Shown here: positions 43,517 through 53,216 of the stretch, piece by piece
Position numbering within the stretch: position 1 is the stretch's first letter
Layout of the letters: each line of letters begins with the position of its first letter
Assembly: GCA_963796055.1 (NCBI GenBank)
Contig: CAWCKH010000004.1
Location: forward strand, 544,001-608,000
Reading direction: 5' to 3'
DNA from: an uncultured delta proteobacterium
Lineage (GTDB): Bacteria > Myxococcota > Myxococcia > Myxococcales > Myxococcaceae
Length of the DNA: 64,000 bases
Program-made: the position numbers and the translations under genes
The notes under the pieces: model-generated
Told to the model about the DNA's origin: nothing
Database searches by the model: none
The model's input: only the letters and a program-made list of their open reading frames with translations

Positions 43517-44688
43517 GCAGGCGTCGAAAAGTCTTCGTCGCGGTGGCGGCGCTCCTCGTCCTCGGGGCCGTCGCCCTGGTCACCATCCGGTCCGGCCGCG
43601 CGGAGAAGGCCGCCCAGGCCGGTCCGTCACCAGCCCAGGCGACCGCCTCCACGGCGATCGCGCTGCGGCCCGAGGCCCTGGCGAAGAACCCCGTGGGCAC
43701 CGAGGCGGTGCGCAAGACCCGGCTCGCCTCGGACGTGGAGATCGTCGGGTCGGTCACCTACGACCCCAACCACCACGCGGTGGTGGGGCCGCTGGTCCCG
43801 GGCCGCGTGGCGAGGCTCCGGGCGAATCCGGGGGACACGGTGAAGGCCGGACAGGTGCTGGCCGAGATCGAGAGCGCGGAGGTGGGCGCGGCGGAGGCAG
43901 AGTACATCTCGGCGGCGGCCCGCGCTGACGCTGCCGAGCTCAACGCCAAGCGTGAGCGCGAGCTGGCGCAGCAGCGCATCTCGTCGGCCCGGGACCGGGA
44001 GATGGCCGAGGCCGACGCCACCGCCATCAGCGCCCAGCGGCGGGCCGCCGAGGAGCGGCTCCGGGCGCTGGGCATGCGCGACGCGGAGATCGAGGCCCTT
44101 CGCAAGGGGAAGGCGAGCGGTGGGCGGTTGCCGCTCCGGGCGCCGATCGCCGGCACCGTGGTGACCCGGAACGTGACGCTCGGGCAGGCGGTGGAGCGGG
44201 CGACCGACGCCTTCGAGCTGATCGAGCTCTCGCACCTCTGGGTGAACCTCGACCTCTACGAGAAGGATCTCGCCCGGGTGCAACCCGGGCAGCGAGTCCA
44301 GATTCGCACCGAGTCCTTCCCCGAGGTCCTCGATGCGCGGGTGGAGTACATCCATCCGGTCATCGACCCCACGACCCGGACGGCGGCGGTGCGGATCGAG
44401 GTGGACAACTCCGCGGGCAAGCTCCGACCAGGCCAGTTCGTCACCGCCCGCATCCTCGGTGACCCGCAGCACGCCACCGGGGAGACCCTGGCCATTCCCC
44501 GGAGGGCGGTCCTCACCCTGGACGGCAAGCCGGCGGTGTTCGTGAAGACCGACGCCGGCTTCGAGCGCAGGCTGGTGGAGCTCGGACCCTCGGGCGGAGA
44601 TCTGATCGCCGTGCGCCAGGGCCTGAAGGAAGGCGAGCTGGTCGCCACCGACGGTGCGTTCCTCCTCAAGAGCGAGCTGCAGAGGTAG
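43513..44688 (+). CDS. czcB: RND periplasmic adaptor (CzcB-like)
   Basis: N-terminal TM; GDTVKAGQVLAEIES, LRAPIAGTV, IDPTTRT, LRPGQFV, GAFLLKSEL. Confidence 0.88.
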   Translation: MSRRRKVFVAVAALLVLGAVALVTIRSGRAEKAAQAGPSPAQATASTAIALRPEALAKNPVGTEAVRKTRLASDVEIVGSVTYDPNHHAVVGPLVPGRVARLRANPGDTVKAGQVLAEIESAEVGAAEAEYISAAARADAAELNAKRERELAQQRISSARDREMAEADATAISAQRRAAEERLRALGMRDAEIEALRKGKASGGRLPLRAPIAGTVVTRNVTLGQAVERATDAFELIELSHLWVNLDLYEKDLARVQPGQRVQIRTESFPEVLDARVEYIHPVIDPTTRTAAVRIEVDNSAGKLRPGQFVTARILGDPQHATGETLAIPRRAVLTLDGKPAVFVKTDAGFERRLVELGPSGGDLIAVRQGLKEGELVATDGAFLLKSELQR

Positions 44689-44690
44689 CC

Positions 44691-47600
44691 ATGCTGGAGA
44701 AGCTGGTCGACGTCTCCGTCCGCAACCGGGGCCTGGTGCTGGCCCTGTGGGGAATGATCGCCCTCGGAGGCTGGTGGGCCTTGGGCAAGCTGTCCATCGA
44801 CGCGGTGCCGGATACCAGCAACGTCCAGGTCTCCGTGCTCACCACCGCCCCCGGGCTCGCCCCGCTGGAGGTGGAGCAGTACATCACCCGGCCGGTGGAG
44901 ATGGCGCTCAACGGGACTCCCGGGCTGGCCGAGCTCCGATCCATCTCCCGGACCTCCATCTCCGCGGTGACGGTGGTCTTCCAGGACGGGACAGACATCT
45001 ACTTCGCCCGCCAGCTGGTGAACGAGCGGCTGAAGCAGGCCGAGGCCGAGATCCCCGCCGGGTACGGACGTCCCGAGCTGGCCCCGGTGAGCACCGGCCT
45101 CGGTGAGATCTACGGCTTCTACCTCCGCAGCAAGACCGACTCGCCCATGGAGCTGCGCACCCTCATGGACTGGGTGGTGGCCTACAAGCTGCGGACGGTG
45201 CCCGGGGTGATCGAGGTCAACGCCATGGGCGGCGACGCCAAGCAGTACCAGGTCAAGATCGATGCACGGAAGCTCGCCGCCTACCGGCTCTCGCTGCGAC
45301 AGGTGCACGAGGCGCTCGCCCGCAACAACGCCTCGCTGGGCGCCGGCTACATCGAGCGGGCCTCCGAGGCGTACGTCATCCGGGCCGATGCGCTATTCAA
45401 GCAGCCGGCGGACATCGCCTCCACGGTCATCACCACCGATGCCGACGGGACGCCGGTGCTGCTCCGCCAGGTGGCGGAGGTGACCACCGGCGCGGCGCTC
45501 CGGTTCGGCACGGTCACCAAGCTCGGCGAGGGGGAGATCGTCTCCGGCATCGTGATGATGCTCATCGGCTCGAACTCCCGGAATGTGGTGCACGCGGTGA
45601 AAGCCAAGATCGCCGAGATCCAGAAGGAGCTGCCGGAGGGGGTGGAGATCCGCCCTTACATCGACCGCGCCGAGTTCATCGACCGGATGCTGAAGACGGT
45701 GGCCATCAACCTCGGCGAGGGCGCGCTGCTGGTCGTGGCGGTGCTCTTTCTCACCCTCGGGAGCGTCCGCGGCTCCCTCATCGCCGCGCTGGCCATTCCA
45801 CTGGCGATGGCGATCGCGGTCATCGGGATGGTCCGCCTGAACGTCACCGGCAACCTCATGTCGCTCGGGGCGATCGACTACGGGCTCTTGGTCGACGGGT
45901 GCATCGTGATGCTCGAGGGGGCGCTGCTGGTGCTCGCCACCCGCCGGCCCCAGACGCACGCCGACGTCCAGCAGGCCGTCTCCGAGACGATGCAGCGCGC
46001 CGCCCGGCCGGTCACCTTCGCCCTGACCATCATCCTCCTGGTCTACCTCCCGCTGATGGCGCTGGAGGGCGTGGAGGGCCGGATGTTCCGGCCGATGGCG
46101 ATCACGGTGGCGCTGGCTCTGTTCGGCGCGCTCCTCTTCTCGCTCACCGCGTTCCCGGCGCTGGCGGCGATCTTCCTCAAGGCACCGAAGAAGGCCCACG
46201 ACCCGGACCATGGGGTCTTCGGGGCGATCGGGCGAGTGTACCGCCGGCTGCTGGATGCGTGCCTCGCCCACCGCGGCCGGGCGATGCTCGCTGCCCTCGG
46301 GGCCCTGGTGCTGACCGGATACATCGGTGCCAACCTCGGCGCGGAGTTCGTCCCCCGGCTCGAGGAGGGAGCGCTGTCGCTCGACGTCCGGCGGCTCCCC
46401 TCGGTGTCCATCTCCGAGGCCCAGCGCCTCGGGCTCCAGGTGGAGCAGGTGCTCGCCAAGTTCCCGGAGGTGACCTCGGTGGTGACCCGCACCGGCCGTG
46501 CCGAGGTGGCCACCGATCCGGTCGGTCCCGACGAGGCGGACGTGGTGGTCTCGCTCAAGCCCAAGGAGGAGTGGACGACGGCAAAGACGCTCGACCAGCT
46601 CGGCGAGGCGATCAAGCAAGCCATCGAGACCAACGTGCCCGCGACCTTCGTCTCGGTGTCCCAGCCCATCGAGGATCGGGTCAATCAGCTCCTCGCCGGC
46701 TCGAAGGCCCACGTGGTGATCAAGGTCTTCGGCGAAGACCTCACGGTGCTCAAGGCCACCGCCGACAAGATCGCCGAGGCGCTGCGAGACGTTCCCGGCC
46801 GCGGCGACCTGCGGGTGCAGCGGGTGCTCGGGCTGCCGATGCTCGAGGTGAGGCCGGACCGGCAGAGGCTGGCCCGGGTGGGCATCCCGGCCGAGGACGT
46901 GCTGAACGTGGTGGAAGCCTCGAGGGTCGGCTGGAACTCCGGCCGGGTCTTCGAGGGCTCCCGCCGCTTCGACCTGATGCTCCTCTACCCCCCCAGTTCG
47001 GCGACGCCCGAGGGGTTTGGCAATCTCCTGGTCGGCGCGCCCGGCGGGCAGCTGCTCCCCCTGGCCTCGCTGGCCGACATCCAGCCGGTGGAGGGCCCGT
47101 CGGTCATCAACCGCGAGGCGCTCCAGCGCCGGGTGCTGGTGGAGGTGAACGTGCGCGGCCGGGATCTGGTGTCTTTCGTCAAGGACGCGCAGGCCGCGGT
47201 GGCCAAGGTCCAGCTCCCGGCCGGGGTGACGCTCGACTGGGGCGGGCAGTTCGAGAACTTCCAGCGCGCCAGCGCCCGGCTGGCTCTGGTGGTCCCGATG
47301 GCCCTCTTCGTGATCTTCGGGATGCTGTTCCTGATGTTCGGCCAGATCCGGTGGGCGGTGGCGGTGTTCGCCGGAGCGCCGTTCGCGCTCATCGGTGGCG
47401 TGCTCTCGCTGGTGCTGCGGGGGCTCACCTTCTCCATCCCGGCCGCGGTGGGCTTCATCGCGGTGGCCGGCATCGCCGTGCTCAACGGCGTGGTGATGGC
47501 CAGTGAGGTGAAGCGCCGGATGGAGGAGGGGGATCCCGATCCGCTGCGCTCCGGATGCCTCACCGTGCTCCGGCCGGTGCTCACCACCGCGCTGGTGGCG

Positions 47601-47840
47601 GCGATCGGTTTCCTTCCCATGGCGCTCTCCACCAGGGCAGGGGCCGAGGTGCAGCGGCCTCTGGCCACGGTGGTCATCGGCGGAGTGCTGTCCTCCACCC
47701 TGCTGTCGCTGCTGATCCTCCCGGTGCTGCTCGACCTGCTGGTGGTGCGGCGCTCCCGCGCGGGGGAGGCGGAGGAGCAGGGTGGGTCGGCGGTCGGCGC
47801 GCCGCCGCTGCCGCCGGGGACCGAACCGGCTCCCGGATAG
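44691..47840 (+). CDS. czcA: heavy-metal efflux RND transporter (CzcA/CusA family)
   Basis: IDAVPD, PVSTGLGEI, GNLMSLGAIDYGLLVDG, EGVEGRMFRPMA, GIAVLNG, LRPVLTTALVA, GAEVQRPLATVVIGG. Confidence 0.93.
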   Translation: MLEKLVDVSVRNRGLVLALWGMIALGGWWALGKLSIDAVPDTSNVQVSVLTTAPGLAPLEVEQYITRPVEMALNGTPGLAELRSISRTSISAVTVVFQDGTDIYFARQLVNERLKQAEAEIPAGYGRPELAPVSTGLGEIYGFYLRSKTDSPMELRTLMDWVVAYKLRTVPGVIEVNAMGGDAKQYQVKIDARKLAAYRLSLRQVHEALARNNASLGAGYIERASEAYVIRADALFKQPADIASTVITTDADGTPVLLRQVAEVTTGAALRFGTVTKLGEGEIVSGIVMMLIGSNSRNVVHAVKAKIAEIQKELPEGVEIRPYIDRAEFIDRMLKTVAINLGEGALLVVAVLFLTLGSVRGSLIAALAIPLAMAIAVIGMVRLNVTGNLMSLGAIDYGLLVDGCIVMLEGALLVLATRRPQTHADVQQAVSETMQRAARPVTFALTIILLVYLPLMALEGVEGRMFRPMAITVALALFGALLFSLTAFPALAAIFLKAPKKAHDPDHGVFGAIGRVYRRLLDACLAHRGRAMLAALGALVLTGYIGANLGAEFVPRLEEGALSLDVRRLPSVSISEAQRLGLQVEQVLAKFPEVTSVVTRTGRAEVATDPVGPDEADVVVSLKPKEEWTTAKTLDQLGEAIKQAIETNVPATFVSVSQPIEDRVNQLLAGSKAHVVIKVFGEDLTVLKATADKIAEALRDVPGRGDLRVQRVLGLPMLEVRPDRQRLARVGIPAEDVLNVVEASRVGWNSGRVFEGSRRFDLMLLYPPSSATPEGFGNLLVGAPGGQLLPLASLADIQPVEGPSVINREALQRRVLVEVNVRGRDLVSFVKDAQAAVAKVQLPAGVTLDWGGQFENFQRASARLALVVPMALFVIFGMLFLMFGQIRWAVAVFAGAPFALIGGVLSLVLRGLTFSIPAAVGFIAVAGIAVLNGVVMASEVKRRMEEGDPDPLRSGCLTVLRPVLTTALVAAIGFLPMALSTRAGAEVQRPLATVVIGGVLSSTLLSLLILPVLLDLLVVRRSRAGEAEEQGGSAVGAPPLPPGTEPAPG

Positions 47841-47851
47841 AGTGTCCCGTC

Positions 47852-47879
47852 CCACAGCAGACGACCTGGCCTGCTGTGG
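47852..47879. terminator. hairpin downstream of czcA
   Basis: CCACAGCAG-10 nt-CTGCTGTGG 9-bp stem 11 nt after the stop, between convergent genes; no U-tract. Confidence 0.35.
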
Positions 47880-48014
47880 CGAGGCGAACCTTTCGTCGCG
47901 GCGACCGACGGTGCTCGCGGTGCACGGGGTGGCACCCGGGCCCGGAGCGCCGCCGCGGGGGGCGATCGAGCAGTGGACTCCGCCCTCGCCGGGGCATCCC
48001 TGAAGGTCTGCTGG

Positions 48015-49013
48015 TCAGATCCGGACGACGACCTTTCCGAGGTGTGCGCCCGAGGCGAGATGATCATACGCCGCCGCGGCCTGCTCGAAGGGGAATATCC
48101 GGTCCACCACTGGAACCAGGCGGGTGGCGGAGAGCGCGCGAACGGAGCGCTCGAACATCTCCACCGAGCCCACGTAGATGCCAGCCACGTTCAGCATCTT
48201 GTGGAAGACGGCGTGGGTGTTCACCTCCCCGCGCCTCCCGGTGAGCACCCCGAGGATGCTCATCTGGCCGCCATATCGGAGCGCGGTGACCGACTGGTCG
48301 AAGGTCCCCGGGCCGCCGACCTCGACCACCAGGTCCACGCCGCGGCCCCCGGTCCAGGCATGCGCGGCGGCTCCCCAGGCCGGGTCCGCGCGGTAGTCGA
48401 GGAGGTGGTCCGCTCCGAGCGCCTTCGCCCGGCGGCGCTTGTCCTCCGAGCTGGAAGTGAGGATGACCTGCGCCCCAGCCGCCTTGGCGAGCTGAAGGGC
48501 AAAGATGGAGACGCCCCCCGTGCCCTGGACGAGGACCACGTCGCCCGGCCGGAGCGAAGCTTGCTCGAAGAGCGCGTTCCACGCGGTGAGCCCGGCGCAG
48601 GGCAGGGTCGAGGCCTGCTCGAAGTCGAGGTGGTCGGGGATCCTGACCCAGGAGTGCTCGGGGAGGAGCACCTCCTCGGCCAGCATCCCGTCCTGGCCGC
48701 CGCCGAGCGCCTGGGCATGGTGGGCGTCCGAGAGGAGCCCGTTCACCCAGGTGGGAAAGAAGTTCGCCATCACCCGGTCGCCGACGGCCCAGCGGCGCAC
48801 CGTGGGACCGACCTCCAGCACCTCGCCTGCGCCATCCGAGAGCGGGACGATGGGGCCGGAGCGCGCCGCGCTCCCCTCGGCGATCTTGAGATCTCGGAAG
48901 TTGAGCGATGCCGCCCGCACCCGGACGCGGACGTCGGTGGGTCCGAGCGGAGGCCGCGGGCGCTCGGTGAGGACGGGGCGGGCACTGCCGGGAAGGATCT
49001 CCTGGACGCGCAT
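48015..49013 (-). CDS. NAD(P)-dependent MDR-family oxidoreductase
   Basis: AASLNFRD, PLSDGAGEV, LPCAGLTAWNAL, QGTGGVSIFALQ, GAHLGKVVV. Confidence 0.92.
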   Translation of the reverse strand: MRVQEILPGSARPVLTERPRPPLGPTDVRVRVRAASLNFRDLKIAEGSAARSGPIVPLSDGAGEVLEVGPTVRRWAVGDRVMANFFPTWVNGLLSDAHHAQALGGGQDGMLAEEVLLPEHSWVRIPDHLDFEQASTLPCAGLTAWNALFEQASLRPGDVVLVQGTGGVSIFALQLAKAAGAQVILTSSSEDKRRRAKALGADHLLDYRADPAWGAAAHAWTGGRGVDLVVEVGGPGTFDQSVTALRYGGQMSILGVLTGRRGEVNTHAVFHKMLNVAGIYVGSVEMFERSVRALSATRLVPVVDRIFPFEQAAAAYDHLASGAHLGKVVVRI

Positions 49014-49050
49014 GCCCCCTGGATTAACGGCACCCGGGCCGTCGGGCGAA

Positions 49051-49431
49051 TCAGGCGTACTGCGCCTCGCCGTCGCCGAAGGACCAGTTCTCCTTCTTCA
49101 CCTCGACCAGGTTGATCACCACGTCCTGCGTCCGGATGTTGAGCCGCTGGTTCAGTCCGTCCGCGACCGCGCGGTAGAAGCGCTTCTTCAGCTCGGTCGT
49201 CCGGCCCTCGTTGAGGAAGACCTGGATCACCATGCAATCCGAACCGCGGTCGATGCCCAGGTACGTCTGGTCGAGGATCAGATTCTCCGGGCCGTGCTCG
49301 GTGATGATCTGGAACCGGTCGTTCACCGGGACGTTGAGGGTCTCGACCATCGCCTCGTAGACGACGTCCCCGATCCCTCGGCGAAAATCCACGCTCGTTC
49401 CACGCGGCAGATCGATGCGAACCAGTGGCAT
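49051..49431 (-). CDS. tautomerase family protein (Pro-1)
   Basis: MPLVRIDL...DRFQIITEH...GRTTELKKRFY...ENWSFGDG. Confidence 0.9.
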   Translation of the reverse strand: MPLVRIDLPRGTSVDFRRGIGDVVYEAMVETLNVPVNDRFQIITEHGPENLILDQTYLGIDRGSDCMVIQVFLNEGRTTELKKRFYRAVADGLNQRLNIRTQDVVINLVEVKKENWSFGDGEAQYA

Positions 49432-49535
49432 GCCCCTCAGCGTGTCCGGCGGACGGCGGCCAGGCCAGCACAGTCGAGGCAACCGTCGCCGATTCGACAG
49501 CGGCCTGGCACGGCCCGGTTCTATGTTTTCGGGGA

Positions 49536-50370
49536 ATGCAGGTTCGCACTCTCGTGCCTGACGACGTCCCCACTGCGGCGCAGCTCACCGCGGAGGCCTT
49601 CGGGGGCGGACCGCGGGAGGCACGGTTGCGGCGGTACCTGGCCCTCGAGCCCGGAGGATGGTTCGGGCTGGAGGAGGCCGGAGCGCTGCTCTCCTTCGGA
49701 GGCGTCGTCCGCTACGGCGGCTTCGCCTGGCTGGGTCTGATGGTGGTCCGCCGAGACCGGCAGCGCGAGGGGCTGGGCCGCACCATCGCCACGACCGCGA
49801 TCGCCTGGGCCGGTGCCCGCGGCTGCCACACGGTGTGCCTCATCGCCACGCCGGCGGGCGTTCCGCTCTACCAGCGCCTGGGCTTCGTGCCGGACGGCGA
49901 ATCGAGTGAGCTGATCGGGGTGCCGCAGGTTTCGCCCCCCGCCCAGGGCCCGTACACGGTGCGCCCATGGACGGCCGAGGACACGCCCGCGGCCGCCCGC
50001 TTCGACGCGCCTGCCTTCGGCGCGGACCGCTCGCAGGTGCTCTCGGCGTATGCCCGGGAGTTCGCCGGATTCCGCCTGGGTGGCCCGCGACGGCGGCGGT
50101 GCGCTGAGGGGCTTCCTGGTGATCCAGGACGACACGCTGGGACCGTGGACCGCCACCGACGAGACGGCGGCCGGCCAGCTGCTGGACGTGGGGCTCGCGG
50201 GGATCGACCGCTCGCTGAAGGCAGGGGTGCTCGACAACGTGGGGGAGCGGCTGCTGCTCGCCCGTGGGCTGGCCCGCACCCGCCCGCTCCCGCGGCTGCG
50301 CCTCGGGCCGGCCGTGGGGAAGGCCGCGAGCCCCCGGCTTCTCGCGCACGCGAGCTACGCCCTCGGGTGA
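49536..50370 (+). CDS. GNAT N-acetyltransferase (YitH-like two-domain), one-base insertion at ~50067
   Basis: AWLGLMVVRRDRQREGLGR, ATPAGVPLYQRLGF, FDAPAFGADR; C-terminus (..LGPW..ASYALG) lies in a shifted frame. Confidence 0.8.
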
Positions 50371-50619
50371 CCGGGAACTCGCGGAGCGGCTGGTCGAGTC
50401 CTTCCCACGCTCGTGATGCCGTTCCTTCGACGCCTGGCCGGGGCCCGCGAACGCCTCTGGACCGTCCCACGGGCCGGAGACGGCGTTCTGCCCGACTGAG
50501 CCCGGAAGCGCCCGGGGTCCAACGTTCCTCTACCGGGGCGGCGGACTCCGGTGCGCGGTTGCGAGTATGCTCGAGACCGGCGGGTGACCCGTGCAGGGCC
50601 CACCCCGAGAGGAGTCCCG

Positions 50620-52080
50620 TTGCTCGAGGAGTTCTTCGCCAGGTTTCGCGAGAACATCGTCGGGGTGAACTATCGGCTCGAAGGGCCGTACGGCACCCGT
50701 GCGCTCCTCTACGCCGACTGGACCGCGAGCGGCAGACTGTACGCGCCGATCGAGCGACGGATGGTCGAGGAGTTCGGCCCGCTGGTGGGGAACACCCACT
50801 CGGAATCGAGCACCACCGGGATGGCGATGACCCGCGCGTACCAGCGCGCCCAGGGGCTGATCAAGGCGCACGTCCATGCCGGTCCCGACGACGTGATCAT
50901 CACCCAGGGCTCGGGAATGACCGCGGTGGTCAACAAGCTCCAGCGAATGCTCGGTCTGCGTCTGCCGGAGCAGCTCGCGCCCTTCTGTCAGCTCCCGGAG
51001 AACCTCCGGCCACTGGTCGTCCTCAGCCACATGGAGCATCACTCCAACCAGACCTCCTGGCTGGAGACGGTGGCCACGGTGGAGGTGGTCCCACCCGACG
51101 AGCGCGGACTGGTCGACCTCGCCGCGCTGGAGGAGCTGCTGGAGCGCTACCGTGACCGGCCGCTGAAGATCGGCGCGTTCACCGCCTGCTCCAACGTCAC
51201 CGGGGTGCGCCCGCCCGTCCACGCGCTCGCCCGGGCGATGCACCGGCACGGCGGCTACTGCTTCGTGGACTACGCCGCGTCGGCTCCCTACGTGGACATC
51301 GACATGCACCCGGCAGACCCGCTGGAGAAGCTCGATGCGGTCTACTTCTCGCCGCACAAGTTCCTCGGCGGTCCGGGTTCGCCCGGGGTGCTGGTCTTCG
51401 ATTCGCGGCTGTACCACAACCGCGTTCCGGACCAGCCGGGCGGTGGGACCGTCAACTGGACCAATCCCTGGAAGCAGCACAGCTTCGTGGACGGCATCGA
51501 GGCCCGCGAGGACGGAGGGACCCCGGGCTTCCTCCAGACGATCAAGGCGGCGCTCGCGGTCCAGCTGAAGGAGGCGATGGGCACCTCGCGCATCCAGGAG
51601 CGGGAGCACGAGCTGCTGGGGGTGTTCCTCTCCGAGCTGCGGACCATCCCCAGATTGCACATCCTCGCCGACCATCTGGAGGCCCGTCTGGCGATCGTGT
51701 CCTTCTACGTGGAGGACATTCACTACAACCTGCTGGTGCGGCTGCTGAACGACCGCTTCGGCATCCAGGTGCGCGGCGGCTGCTCCTGCGCCGGGACCTA
51801 CGGGCACTACCTGCTCCACGTGGACCCGAACCGCTCGCACAGCATCACCGACAAGATCGACCAGGGCGACCTGTCGGAGAAGCCGGGCTGGGTCCGGGTG
51901 TCGCTGCACCCCACCACCACCCGCGCGGAGGTCGACTCCCTGGTCGAGGCGGTGCGTGCCTGCGTGCAGCATGCGGAGGCCTGGGGCGCGGACTACCGCT
52001 ACTCGTCGAAGACCAACGAGTTCACCCACCTGCGCGGCGACAGCGCGGTTCCGGAGATCGAGCCGCTGTTCCGGATCTAG
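50620..52080 (+). CDS. class V PLP-dependent aminotransferase / cysteine desulfurase-like
   Basis: YADWTASGR, MEHHSN, CSNVTG, FSPHKFLGG, EDGGTP, RGGCSCAG; TTG start after GAGGAG. Confidence 0.9.
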   Translation: MLEEFFARFRENIVGVNYRLEGPYGTRALLYADWTASGRLYAPIERRMVEEFGPLVGNTHSESSTTGMAMTRAYQRAQGLIKAHVHAGPDDVIITQGSGMTAVVNKLQRMLGLRLPEQLAPFCQLPENLRPLVVLSHMEHHSNQTSWLETVATVEVVPPDERGLVDLAALEELLERYRDRPLKIGAFTACSNVTGVRPPVHALARAMHRHGGYCFVDYAASAPYVDIDMHPADPLEKLDAVYFSPHKFLGGPGSPGVLVFDSRLYHNRVPDQPGGGTVNWTNPWKQHSFVDGIEAREDGGTPGFLQTIKAALAVQLKEAMGTSRIQEREHELLGVFLSELRTIPRLHILADHLEARLAIVSFYVEDIHYNLLVRLLNDRFGIQVRGGCSCAGTYGHYLLHVDPNRSHSITDKIDQGDLSEKPGWVRVSLHPTTTRAEVDSLVEAVRACVQHAEAWGADYRYSSKTNEFTHLRGDSAVPEIEPLFRI

Positions 52081-52614
52081 GTGCCGGCCCGGGTGCTGAT
52101 GCTCCCCGGCTTCGGGGGCGGTGCGGATCAGCCCATCCTCCGCGCGTTGGAAGCCGCGCTCCGTTCCCGTGGGCTGTCGTCGATCCGGGCGTCGCTGGCA
52201 CGCGGCCGGCCTTCACCAGGCCTGGCGCACGAGGTCGAGCAGGCGCGGGGGCTCGTGTCGGGCGAGCCGGAGATCGCCGCCTACGTCGGGCGCTCGTTCG
52301 GAGGTCGGGTGCTGGCCCGGCTGGCGCTGCAGCTTCAGCCACGGGCCCTGGTGCTCCTCGGGTTTCCGGTCCGCTCCCAGAGCGGGCAGCGGCGGCTCGA
52401 GGACGAGCGGGTACTCGCGGAATTGCCCTGTCCGACCCTCCTCGTCCAGGGGGCGGACGACCCGCTCGGTCCGCTCCGGACGCTCAAGCGCCTCGCGGCG
52501 CGCAACGCCCGGCTGCAGCTCAAGGTGATCGATGGCGCCACCCACGCATTCGGCCGGCGTGAGCGGCAGGCGGTGGAGTCGGCGACGGAGTGGCTCGCCC
52601 TGCGCCTGCTCTGA
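52081..52614 (+). CDS. alpha/beta hydrolase
   Basis: GRSFGGR nucleophile elbow, LLGFP, VQGADDPLG, GATH. Confidence 0.85.
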   Translation: MPARVLMLPGFGGGADQPILRALEAALRSRGLSSIRASLARGRPSPGLAHEVEQARGLVSGEPEIAAYVGRSFGGRVLARLALQLQPRALVLLGFPVRSQSGQRRLEDERVLAELPCPTLLVQGADDPLGPLRTLKRLAARNARLQLKVIDGATHAFGRRERQAVESATEWLALRLL

Positions 52615-52632
52615 CCCCGGCGGAGGACGTTC

Positions 52633-53058
52633 TCAGTCGTCCTTCTTGCCGTGCCCGTGCCCGTGCCCGTGCTCGTCGCGCTCGTGCCCGTGCCCGTCAC
52701 GCTCGCGCACCTCGTCGCGCTGCGCCTGCCGGCTCGGGACGTAGACCTCCTGATACCAGCGCTCGTTGACGAAGAAGACGCGCTCGCCGCACGCGTTGTA
52801 CTCCCGGCAGTGCTTCCGCCAGTGCTTGGCGTGGCCAGGCGGAACCCGCAGATAGATTGGCGGGCGCTCCGCCGGGACCGCGGCCGGCTCGACCACCATC
52901 GGCGACCGGTACACCACCGGAGGAGGCTTCGGGAGCGTCCCGACCTCGATCCGTCCATAGAAGCCCGAGTCGCCAATCGAGACCGACGCTCCGACATCGG
53001 TCGCGCGGGCGGAGGCGCTGGACAGCACTGCAGCGGTGATCAAGAGACGAACGTTCAT
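52633..53058 (-). CDS. small secreted protein with His/Gly-rich tail
   Basis: Signal peptide; VSIGDSGFYGRIEVG, PIYLRVPPGHAKHWRKHCREYNACG; ends GHGHERDEHGHGHGHGKKDD. Confidence 0.75.
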   Translation of the reverse strand: MNVRLLITAAVLSSASARATDVGASVSIGDSGFYGRIEVGTLPKPPPVVYRSPMVVEPAAVPAERPPIYLRVPPGHAKHWRKHCREYNACGERVFFVNERWYQEVYVPSRQAQRDEVRERDGHGHERDEHGHGHGHGKKDD

Positions 53059-53216
53059 CCTCGGGTGACCTCCGGAGAGGCCTGGAGGTTAGCAGTCGAG
53101 AAATCCGGGGAGGGCCGGCGCGCTGGGCTCACATCGGCTGCAGGGTGCGGGAAGCGAGCACCCGAGCCGCGCACCTCACACCACCGCACCACCGACCGTC
53201 GGAGCCCGGGCTCGCT

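Noticed and set aside
49506..49520. TGGCACG sigma54 -24 box upstream of the GNAT gene
   Set aside because: No TTGC/GC at the -12 position (reads GGTT)
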